NCBI GenBank assembly: GCA_038087875.1
Contig: JAXLNO010000146.1
Location: 806,001 to 870,000, forward strand
Direction of reading: 5' to 3'
Length of the DNA: 64,000 nt
Origin: Malacoraja senta
Lineage: Eukaryota
A program made the translations under genes and the position numbers. Of this stretch, positions 51,397-62,384 are shown piece after piece (positions within the stretch are counted from its first letter, which is position 1; the number at the start of each line of letters is the position of its first letter). A model generated the notes under the pieces. The model made no database searches, was not told the origin of the DNA, and was given only the letters and a program-made list of their open reading frames with translations.

Positions 51397-51771
51397 CAGG
51401 TCCACCACCGATTCTGCGGCAACTGGTGGTCCAGACAAAATTACGAGTGCACTCTTGAAATGCCCCCGGAACTCTCCCGCGAAAATGTGGTACCCAGGCC
51501 GGGTGAGGTGGCTGATCTTAACCTCATCGGGACATCTGTGCCGATCGGCGGGATGAATTTGCCCCCGGCGGCCAGAGCCGGCAGATCTGTTCCAATTGCC
51601 CACTTCCACGGCCAACTTTGCGGGTCGATATCTCAGCCCACCGGCGGCCTAGGTGGACCATTCCAGTACCATTGAACTCCCCTCGAGACCATAACCTCTT
51701 TTTGTCCAGCAAAAAGGATAATCCAGAAAGGCTCTGGAACCAAGGGTGCCAGAAATTCGGTGGTGGATCTG
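51397..51771. mobile_element. Tc1/mariner (pogo/Tigger-like) MITE (375 bp)
   Basis: TIR CAGGTCCACCACCGA / TCGGTGGTGGATCTG with TA duplication (aatgTA...TAcatt). Confidence 0.85.
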
Positions 51772-53479
51772 TACATTTGACTGGTTGCATCACGGCCAGG
51801 TTCGGCAAATTGAAAGCCCAGGTAAGAAGGAGATTATAAAAGATGGTGGACACTGCCCGGTCCATCACGGGTACTGACCTCCCCACCATCATATGGTCCT
51901 GAGAAAACAAGGCCTGTATACCAAAAGCTCTATTCACCATGGAGGGCAATGTCAAAGATCAATGAAAAACCAAAGATAGACACAAAAGGCTGGAGGAACT
52001 CAATGGGACTGACAGCATCCCTGGCGAAAGGGGCAGGTGACGTTTCGGGTTTGATTACACTGTCCTGATTAATTTTACTGATTGTATGCCTTGTTGTCAT
52101 CTTCTCCCCTGCCAACAATGAACCATTCTTGTCTGCAGAAGGGGCCCGACCCGAAATGTCACCCATTCCTTCTCTCCAGAAATGCTGTCTGTCCTGCTGA
52201 GTTACTCCAGCAATTTGTGTCTATGTTCGAATGAACCAATCTACTATTCCTTGATCATCGTCTGCTTTCAAATGTCTTCCATATCTCTCGTTTCCCTCAC
52301 CCCTGACTCTCAGTCTGAAGAAGGGTCTCGATCCTAAACGTCACCCATTCCTTTTCTCCACAGATGCTGCCTGACCCACTGAGATATTCCAGATTTTGTG
52401 TCTATCTTTGGTTCAAACCAGCATCTACAGTTCTGCTCCTTCCCACACATCAATGAGGGACCGTGTTCTCTGGGTTAACCAGATGCAGTGTTATTTTATT
52501 CTACTCACAGCCTGAGACGCTTCACCATACTTCGACCGCAGGCTGCGGGCGCTTGGAGCGCCCCGACGCGGGAGCTTGAATTGCCCCGACGCTGGAGCTT
52601 GGATCGCCCCGACGCGGGGGCTTCGACCGCCGGCTGCGGGAGCTCCAATTGCCCGGACAGATGGATCATCTGCCCCGACTGCAGGAGAAAAATGAGGGAA
52701 GAAGGTTAGACTTTATTGCCTTCCATCATAGCGAGGAATCCGCTGTGGTGGATGTTTATGGTAACTTTTATGTAGTTGTGTGTCTTGTTACTTTTTTTGT
52801 ACGGCGAATTGGTAATTCGAATATCACTGTACCTTAATTGGTACAGGTGACAATAAAAGACCTTTGAAACCTTTGAAAACAAAGCTTTTCACTTTATCTC
52901 AGTACACGTGACAATAATAATACACATATAGTTCTCCAATACAGACTGGGCACAAACTAAACACCACCATAATGAGAAGAACTGATTTCCTGTAGATGGG
53001 AATTTGACATTGCATCTTATTCTGGTCTCTCTTCCAGGCCATTTGCCGCATCTTGCTCTACATTTAAGATAGTCACAAAATGCTGGAGTAGGTGACGTTA
53101 TGGGTCAAGACCCTTCTTCAGACTGAGAGTCATGGGTGAGGCAAACGAGAGATAGAGAGGGTGATATAAGGACTGCAGATGCTGGTTTACAATGAAGATA
53201 GGCCCAAAACATCACCCATTCCTTCTATCCAGAGATGCCGCCTGTCCCGCTAAGTTACTCCAGCATTTTGAGTCTATCATTGGTGTAAATCAGCATCTGC
53301 TGTTTTTTCCTATACATTTTGTCTGCTCTACATTTAGATACAGATCCTCCCCACTGCGTGGTCACCCTCTTTATGTACAGCCCATCCATCCAATAGAGAG
53401 TTTGGGAGTTCAGCAGATGCATTTGGCCGTTGCTATGGGACAGGAGGCATCTTCTACCAAGTGGGAAATCGGTCCTTAC

Positions 53480-53494
53480 CTCGGCATTTCCCAT
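53480..53494 (-). CDS. Candidate first coding exon of the RGL1-like gene (MGNAE in phase 0, or MPR in phase 2)
   Basis: ATG GGA AAT GCC GAG|gtaagg, a strong donor in unique sequence. A second ATG (ATG CCG AG|) is in phase with the repeat exon. No homology support. Confidence 0.35.
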
Positions 53495-53562
53495 TTGCAA
53501 ACCGTTCTTGTTACAAAGAGCTCCCGGGAAGAGAACCCAGTCGCAATCCGGGGATGAGCCAA

Positions 53563-56280
53563 TTGACAATAGACAATAGACAATAGGTGCAGGTGAAGGC
53601 CATTTGGCCCTTCGAGCCAGCACCGCCATTCAATGAGATCATGGCTGATCATCCTCAATCAGTACCTAGTTCCTGCCTTCTCCCCATATCCCTGGCTCCA
53701 CCATCTTTAAGAGCCCTATCTAGCTCTCTCTTGAAAGCATCCAGAGCACCAGCCTCCACAGCGCTCTGATGTAGAGAATTCCGCAGAATTCATAACTCTC
53801 TGTGTGAAGAAGTGATTCCTCGTCTCCGTTCTACATGGCTTACACCTTATTCACAAACTGCGGCCCCTGGTTCTGGACTCCCCCAACATTGGGAACATGT
53901 TTCCTGCCTCTAGCGTGTCCAAACCCTATATAATCTTATATGTTTCAATAAGATCTCCTCTCATCCTTCTAAACTCCAGAGTGTACAAGCCCAGCCGCTC
54001 CATTCTCTCAGCATATGACAGTCCCGCCATCCCGGGAATTAACCTTGTAAACCTTCGCTGCACTCCCTCAAAAGCACGGATGTCCTTCCTCAAATTAGGG
54101 GACCAATACTGTACACAATGGTCTGACTAGGGCCCTGTACATCTGCAGAAGGACCTCTTTGCTCCTATACTCAACTCCTATTGTTATGAAGGCCAACATG
54201 CCATTCACTTTCTTCACTGCATGCTGTACCTGCATGCTTATTTTCATTGACTGATGAGCAAGGAACCCCAGATCCCATTGCACTTCCCATTTTCCCAAAT
54301 TGACACCATTTAAATAGTAATCTGTCTTCCTGATTTTGCTACTAAAGTGGATAACCTCACATTTATCCACATTAAACTGCATCTATCATGCATCTGCCCA
54401 CTCACCCAACCTGTCGAAATCACCCTGCATTCTCATAGCACCATCCTCACATGTTCACACTGCCACCCAGCTTTGTGTCATCTGCAAATTTGCTAATGTT
54501 ACTTTGAACCCCTTCATCTAAATCATTGATGTATATTGTAAATATCTGCAGTCCCAGCACCGAGCCTTGCGGTACCCCACTAGTCACTGCCTGCCATTCT
54601 GAAAGGGACCCTTTAATCCCTACTCTTTGTTTCCTGTCTGCCAACCACTTCTCTATCCATGTCAGCACTCTACCCCCAAAACCATGTACCCTATGTTTGC
54701 CCACTAATCTCCTATGTCGGACCTTATCAAATGCTTTCTGAAAGTCCAAGTACACCACATCCACTGCCCCCCCCCCCCCTCCCTTGTCCATTTTCCTCGT
54801 TAGATCCTCAATAAATTCCAGAAGATTAGTCAATCATGATTTCCCCTTCGTAAATCCATGCTGACTCGGACCGATCCTGTTACTGCTATCCAAATGCCGC
54901 TATTTCATCTTTTAATGATTGACTCCAGCATCTTTCCCACCACCGATGTCAGGCTAACTGGTCTATAATTCCCTGTTTTCTCTCTCCCGCCTTTCTTAAA
55001 AAGTGGGATAACATTAGCTACCCTCCAATCCACATGAACTGATCCTGAATCTAGAGAACATTGGAAAATGATCACCAATGCATCCACAATATCTAGAGCC
55101 ACTTCCTTAAGTACCCTAGGATGCAGACTATCAGGCCCTGGGGATTTATCAGCCTTCATTCCCATCAGTCTATCCAACACAAGTTCCTGCCTAATGTGGA
55201 TTTCCTTCAGTTCCTCCATCACCCCAGATCATCTGGCCACTAGTACATCAGGAGTGTCCTCTTTAGTGAAGACGGATCCAAAGTACCTGTTCAACTGATC
55301 TGCCATTTCCTTGTTCCCCATAATAAATTCACCTTTTTCAGTCTTCAAGGGTCCAACTTTGGTCTTTACTAATTTTTTCCTCTTTACATACCTAAAGAAG
55401 CTTTTACTATTCTCTTTTATATTCTTGGCTGGCTTACTTTCGTACCTCATCTTTTGTCCCCGTATTGCCTTTTTAGTTATCTTCTGTTGCTCCTTAAACA
55501 TTACGCAATCCTCTTGCTTCCCGCTCATCTTTGTTATGTTGTACTTCTTCTCTTTTACATTTAAATTGTCCCTGACGTACCTTGTCAGCCACGGTCGCCC
55601 CTTACTCCCCTTGGAATCTTTCTTCGTATTTGGAATGAACTGATCTTGCACCTTCTGTATTATTCCCAGAAATAACTACCATTTTGTTCCACTGTCATCC
55701 CTGCTAGTGTATCTTTCCAGTCAACTTTGGCCAGCTCCTCCCTCATGGCTCCATAGTCGCCTTTATTCAACTGTAACACTGACACCTCCGATCCACCCTT
55801 CTCCCTCTCCAATTGTAGATTATACTTGACCATATTATGGTCACTGACTACCTCCTAATGGTTCATTAACCTCAAGTTCCTTTATCAAATCCGGTTCATT
55901 ACATAACACTAAAGCCAGAATTGCCTTCTCCCTGGTTGGCTCCAATACAAGCTGCTCTAAGAATCCATCACAAAGGCACTCCACAAACTCCCTTTCTTGG
56001 GGTCCAGTACTAACCTGATTTCCCCTGTCTACCTGCATGTTGAAATCTCCCATAACAACTGTAGCATTACCTAGACTACATGCCAATTTTAATTCCTGAA
56101 TCAACTTGCACCCAATATTCAGCCTACGGTTTGGGGGCCTTTAGATAAGTCCCATTTGGGATCTTTTTACCCTTACAATTCCTTAGTTCTGTCCATTCTG
56201 ACTCTACATTTCCTGTTTCAATGTCACCCCTTGCAAGGGACTGAATTTCGTTCCTCACCAACAGAGCTACCCCAGCCCCT
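53563..56280 (-). mobile_element. CR1 LINE, most of ORF2, frameshifted
   Basis: VMGDFN; KADKSPGPDSLHPRVL; YLDFQKAFDKV; GVPQGSVLG; KFADDTKLGG; (attgtct)n tail. Confidence 0.95.
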
Positions 56281-57994
56281 CCAATTCATGGTTCAAAGAT
56301 GCAAAAAGTTGGGTTTACAAGTGAAGCTTTGACTAAGTCAAACCCTGTTTTAAAAGAATTTTAAATTAAAAGGAGTCTGCAGATGCTGTAAACAAGTTAA
56401 TGTGGAAGAATAAGCAACGGTTGAACAAGCCAATTTATTTCATTTGAAGTGAAAATGCAATTTGTCCAATTTAAACTAGTTTGCCTGACCCATGGATATT
56501 TGCCCAGCCTCAAAGATTCACGTTTTCTCACCCCATCAACAAAAAAAAGCATGATTAGTCCAAAACTGAATAGATACTTCTACAGAGGCTTCGTTTATGA
56601 CTCGGCTGAATCCAACATTCCTAAAGCACTACCATAATTAACTCGTTTAAGAAAGAACTGCAGATGCTGGAAAAATCGAAGGTTAACAAAAATGCTGGAG
56701 AAACTCAGCGGATGAGGCAGTACGCATCACCCGCTGAGTTTCTCCAGCATTTTTGTCTACCATAATTAATTCACTCCCTTCACCCAGGAGGTGGGTATAT
56801 GGAACAAGCTGCCAGAGGAGGTAGTGGAGGCTGGTACAATTCATTTAGAAGACATTTGGACAGGACTATTTGGACTAATTGTCTGTTTCTCTAATATACA
56901 CTGAACTTTTGTTGCTGTTTAGTAAGGGTTTTACAGTGCAATATGTTTACACTACTGTTGTACTGCTACGTAACCCGCTCCATGACACACTGAGGAGCAC
57001 CTTCAGCAACAGACTGGTTCCACCAAGATGCAGCACAGAACGCCTCAGGAGATCCTGCTTCCCCGTGGCTATCAAACTGGGTAGGGGCTGGGAGGAGGGG
57101 ATAGGTGGGGGAATGTTGGAGACAGGATTGTCACTGGATGGATAGGATTCTCTCTCATAAAGAAAAGCTCAGAGGTGGCAGAAGAGCCCTACATCCCTAT
57201 GTTCCCAATGTAGGGGGAATCCAGAACCAGGGGTCACAGTTTAAGAATAAGACCCGCTGAGTCACTCCACCTTTTATCTTGGTCTATTAACAGATTCAGA
57301 TCTACCTTAGATCTCCTTTTGTAAGCCTGCTTGGCGCTGTCCTTTTTCACCGGCATTCTCGATACTCCTTTCTTTGGTTATTAATCCACACAGTGAAGGT
57401 TAGAGTTTCGATCTCTAGTAGCTACCAGCTGTTTCAATGTCTGGCAGAATGGGTTTGGTGAACCCACTTCAAGTTGACAGATGAAATGGAGCCCGTCTCT
57501 CATGGTTACGGATGTAGTTCACTGTGAGGTCGCCGGCCAGACACATTATGAGGTCACCTCTGATTATGATGGTTTACAAACTTGCGATCTTACGAATGGA
57601 AGGCCGGCCCTGAAGGGAATAAACCACTTCACCATATGACCACAGGTCACAGTGGTTATAACCAACTGGACTCAAGTGTTAGATACAAGGAACTCAGTTC
57701 AGTTGAGTTTATTGTCACGTGTATAGAGAAAAGCTTTTTGTTGCGTGTTAAAAACAGTCAGCAGAAAGACAATGCATGATTACAATTGAGCTATTTACAA
57801 TGTATAGATACATGGTAAGGGAATAACGTTTAGTGCAAGATAAAGACAGCAAGGATAGTCCGAGGGTCACCAATGAGGTAGATAGTAGTTCAGCACTCAT
57901 CTCTGGTTCTGGTAGGATGATTCAGTTGCCTGATAACAGCTGGGAAGAAACTGTCCCTGAATCTGCAGGTGTGCTTTTTCACACTTCTGTTTCT

Positions 57995-58510
57995 TTCCTA
58001 ATTTGAGGAAGGACATTCTTACTATTGAGGGAGTGCAGCGTAAATTCACCAGGTTAATACCCGAGATGGCGGGACTTACGTATGATGAAAGAATGGGTCG
58101 ACTGGGCTTGAATTCGCTGGAAATGAGAAGGATGAGAGGGAATCTTAGAGAAGCATATAAAATTCTTAAAGGAGTGAAGGCTAGATGCAGGAACAATATT
58201 CCCGATGTTCAGAACCAGGGGTCACAGTTTAAGAATAACGGGTTAGACCATTTAGGACTCATAAGAGGGAAAACTTTTTCACGCAGAAAATCTGTGGAAT
58301 TCTCTGCCACAGAAGGCAGTGGAGGCCAATTCACTGGATGTTTTCAAGAGAGAGTTGGATGTGGCTCTTCGGGCTAACAGAAACAAGGGATATGGGGAGA
58401 TAGGAGGAATGGGGTATTGATTTTGGATGATCAGCCGAGATCATATTGAAAGGCGGTGCTGGCTCGAAGGGCCAAATGGCCTAATCCTACACCTATTTTC
58501 TATGTTTCTA
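57995..58510 (+). mobile_element. CR1 3' fragment
   Basis: RKDILTIEGVQRKFTRLIP plus tail. Confidence 0.85.
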
Positions 58511-59605
58511 CGTCATGGTGAGTCCAGCAATCGTTGTCTGGTCCTGAAGAAGGTTCCGCTGAGTTACTCCAGCACTCTGTTCCTTCATGGTCTGGCTGGT
58601 GTCTTGCTTATATGAGAGAGCTACATTGCCAATGCACATAAGCTCCAACTTTGCTGTCAACATGAACCTGTTGACAGTTCAAGAAATGAAATACGTTGAT
58701 GAAACCCGAGTGATGGACAAGATAATGCTTCACAGGAGAAAGTTAAATCTGCATTGAATTAAACCCCACTTGTAGAAACTAAACTAAAAGAAGATGTTTC
58801 CAAAAGTTATGAGCTTGATTCTATAATTCCAGAAGTGATGGGCAGGTGGGGGAGGGTCTTAGGCAATTACACCCCTTCATTTGATCAACACAGGGGATAA
58901 GGGGTTGTCTTAATCTACTTAGATCTGTCAAGAAATAAAAGGCAAACAATATTAAATCTCAAGTGTTTTCGTTTTGAGATACAGTGTGGCAACGGGCCCT
59001 TTGGCCCACCGAGTCCACGCAGACCAGCATTCACCTGTACACCCGCACTATCCTACACGGAGCACCCGTAGAAAACCCACGCGGGTCATGGGGAGAACGT
59101 ACAAAATCTGTACAGACAGCACCCGGGTCTCCAGCGCTGTGAGGCAGCAACTCTAATGCTGAGCCACACTACCTTGTTGTGGAAAAATACTTAAAAAGCA
59201 GCAGAATATTTTTGACATTTACCAAATGAGAGATGTCCATAGTCAAAGTGTGTGTAGTTTGTTCCTGGCACAAAAATACTTCTGCTTTATCAGTTTCACA
59301 CTTAACTCTATAAACCTAAAGCATCCACTGTTGGAATGCAATTCAATATTTGACAAATCTGAACACCTTAACAGACAGATATAAAGCACACAGAGGGATT
59401 ACTGGAGTGCATTTTCCCTTTGTAGTCCCTGAGAAATCAGTGGCAGTGGCAGAGGGTTGTTCTGATGTTCTAAGCCATGCCAATCCAGATATGAATGAAT
59501 GACGGAGAGGACTTGATGTGCCAAATTGAGAAGGAACATCTCATTGGGTTTTGAAGTTTGCTGAGGGCTAACATACAACTTCCTTAGCATCAAGTGAATT
59601 GATCG

Positions 59606-59897
59606 GCATGGTGGCGCAGCGATAGACTAAGAGTTGCTGCCTTACAGTGCCAGAGACCCGGGTTCGATCCTGACTACGCGTGCTTGTAGTTTGTACGTTC
59701 TCCCTGTGACCCGCGTGAGTTTCCTTCGGGTGCTCTGGTTTCCTCCCACATTCTAGAGATGTGCCGGTTTGTAGGTTAATTGACATCTGTAATTTGCCCC
59801 TAGTGTGAGGAATATAGGACTAGTGTACGGGTGATCGTTCGTTGGCGTGGACTCGGTGGGAGGAAGGGCCTGTTTTCACGCCATGTCTCTAAAACAA
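59606..59897 (+). mobile_element. tRNA-derived V-SINE (HE1-like), near full length; about 15 further copies in the window
   Basis: A box tggcgcagc, B box ggttcgatcc, core ggtttcctcccaca, tail gaagggcctgttt...tctctaaa. Other copies near 8.9-9.25, 11.0, 12.1, 13.7, 29.1, 29.7, 32.9, 34.4, 35.3, 35.7, 48.5, 59.0, 60.0 and 60.7 kb. Confidence 0.85.
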
Positions 59898-60694
59898 ACT
59901 ATTGGCGTTACCTCGTTGGTCTCAGTTTAACATTGCTTGTGAAAGTCAGCAAAGTGCAAGATTCTTTCTATAGCCCTCAGACCAGTGAGCCCATGTGCTC
60001 ATATCTTAACCAGACAGTCAGAACCTTTTTTAGTTTAGCTTAGAGATACAGCACAGAATCAGGCCCTTCAGCCCACCGAGTCCACGTCAACCAGCGATAC
60101 CCGTGCATTAAACTACCCCGCACACACTAGGGACAATTTACATTTATACCAAATTAACCTGCAAACCTGGGAGGAAACTGAAATCTCGGGAAAAAACCCA
60201 CGCGGTTCAAGGCGAAAATGTACAAATCTGTACTGACAGCACCTGTAGTCAGGATCGAACCCTGGTCTCTGGCACTGCAAGCAGTGTAAGCCAGGAACTC
60301 TACTGCTGCGCCACCGTGCCCGCCCCTTTTTCCCAGGACAGAGATGGAATACTAGAGGGCATAGCTTTAACGAGAGTGGGGCAAAGTTTAAAGATGTGTG
60401 GAGCAAGTTATAAGAGGTTAGAGTGCACCTTGAGTGTGTTGCCAGGGGTGGTGGAGGCAGATACAGTGGCATTTAACAGGTTTTTGGATAGGCAGGGAAT
60501 GGAGGGATAATAATAATGTGCAAACAGATAAGAGTTACAAGTGGTGTCAAGTTTAGCACAGGCATTGTGGGCCGAAGGGCCTGTTCCTGTGTTGTACTGT
60601 TCTATGTTCTATACCTCAGGTTATCAATCTTTAACTTTAACAAAGGGTTTAGTGGGGAAGGGAATGAGATGAGTTAAGACAAGCTGATTTAAAC

Positions 60695-60985
60695 TTTAGG
60701 GATATAGCGCAGAAACAGGCCCTTCGCCCACCGAGACCGCGCCGACCAGCGATCACCCCGTACACTAGCACTACCCTACGCACTAGGGACAATTTACAAA
60801 TTTTCCAAAGCCAATTAACCTAGAAAACCTGCAGGTCTGTGGAGTGTGGGAGGAAACCGGAGCACCCGGAGAAAACCCACGCTGTCACAGGGAGAAGGTA
60901 CAGGCAGCAACCCCAGTCAGGATTGATCCCGGATCTCTGGCGCTGTAAGGCAGCAACTCCACCGCTGCGCCACCGTGCCGCCCAA
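60695..60985 (-). mobile_element. tRNA-derived V-SINE (HE1-like), full length
   Basis: Minus strand begins gggcggcacggtggcgcagcgg; same core and tail. Confidence 0.85.
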
Positions 60986-61412
60986 ATAGTTGCACATCAG
61001 ATTAGACACGTTAGGAAGAAGAACGTGTACAACATTGTAGATTCAATTGCGGAGTTCGATTACTTCAGGCATATATAAATGCTAGACGCAGCTGTTCTTG
61101 TAACAGATTGGTAAAAGGAACCCTAAGAAGGAAAAATATTCATTCACTCCTCCTGCCACCATTAACCTTGGCAAGTAGGACAGGAGGCACAGGTCAGTGG
61201 GGCCAAATGGCCCGATTTGCACAAACTAAATGGAGCAGTCTACTGGGGTCACCAAACCCACAAAGTGTCTCGACACGAAAACTCATTCATTCCTTCTCTC
61301 CAGAGATGCTGCCTGTCCCGTTGAGTTACTCCAGAACTTTGTGTCTATCTCTGGTGTAAACCAGCATCTGCAGTTCCTTCCTACACATTTTGAATGTGGT
61401 TTGAATGTTTAC

Positions 61413-61487
61413 CTCATGCATTCCAAAAGATTTGAGGCAGACATTACTGCTTCAGTTCGAGCAGAGAGTTCAGTTTCTACTTGGCAC
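61413..61487 (-). CDS. Candidate upstream phase 2-2 exon CQVETELSARTEAVMSASNLLECMR
   Basis: Acceptor ttctggtttttggtcag| and donor AG|gtaaac, 75 nt open. Phase and length are compatible with the RGL1 exon that precedes the linker exon (CQVE vs CEIE); similarity is weak. Confidence 0.25.
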
Positions 61488-61827
61488 CTGACCAAAAACC
61501 AGAAGGTATTTTACTTGTCTAAATGTCTCACCCAGCTAGATTTTAAAATAAGCCTGCATTATTCAACGTGGTTTAAGTGGAAAACTACAATTCTGAACTA
61601 GGATTAATCCTGTATTAGTCACTAATGGCTGCATGCTACACTTGGGAGTTTTGTCTTCTTAAAAACACCTGTCACTTACACAGAAACTTTGAGTGTAACT
61701 ACTTGGGGATTTTCACTGAACCTTGGGTTACAGCACAAGACCCTGTCTTGAGCATAACTCTTGGATTTAAGCAAGCACATGACACAATTTCCCCTGCAAC
61801 CACAGGAATTGGAACACCTGTCCCTAC

Positions 61828-62365
61828 ACAATAGACAATAGACAATAGGTGCAGGAGTAGGCCATTCCTGCCTTCTCCCCATATCCCCTGACTCCGCTAT
61901 CTTTAAGAGCCCTATCTAGCTCTCTCTTGAAAATATCTAGAGAACCGGCCTCCACCGCCCGCTGAGGCAGAGAATTCCACAGACTCACAACTCTCTGGGG
62001 AAAAAAAAGTGCTTCCTCGTCTCCGTTCTTAATAGCTTACCCCTTATTCTTAAACTTTGGCCCCTGGATCTGGACTCCCTCAACATCGGGAACATGTTTC
62101 CTGCCTCTAGCGTGTCCAAACACTTAACAATCTTATATGTTTCAATAAGATGCCCTCTCATCCTTCTAAACTCCAGAGTGTACAAGCCCAGCCGCTCCAT
62201 TCTCTCAGCGGAAATTAACCTTGTAAACCTACGCTGCACTCCATCAACAGCAAGAATGTCCGTCTTCTAATTAGGGGATCAAAACTACACACAATACTCA
62301 AGGTGTGGTCTCACTAGGGCCCTATACAACTGCAGAAGGACCTCTTTGCTCCTATACTCAATTCA
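61828..62365 (-). mobile_element. CR1 3' fragment
   Basis: ERLGLYTLEFRRMRGHLIETYKI plus tail. Confidence 0.85.
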
Positions 62366-62384
62366 TCCAGTTATGTTGTTGTTA

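Noticed and set aside
59399..59593. Unique-sequence ORF upstream of the RGL exons
   Set aside because: No RasGEF/REM motif and no convincing splice sites.
59606..59680. tRNA gene-like A/B boxes
   Set aside because: Head of a V-SINE that continues into the SINE core; not a complete cloverleaf.
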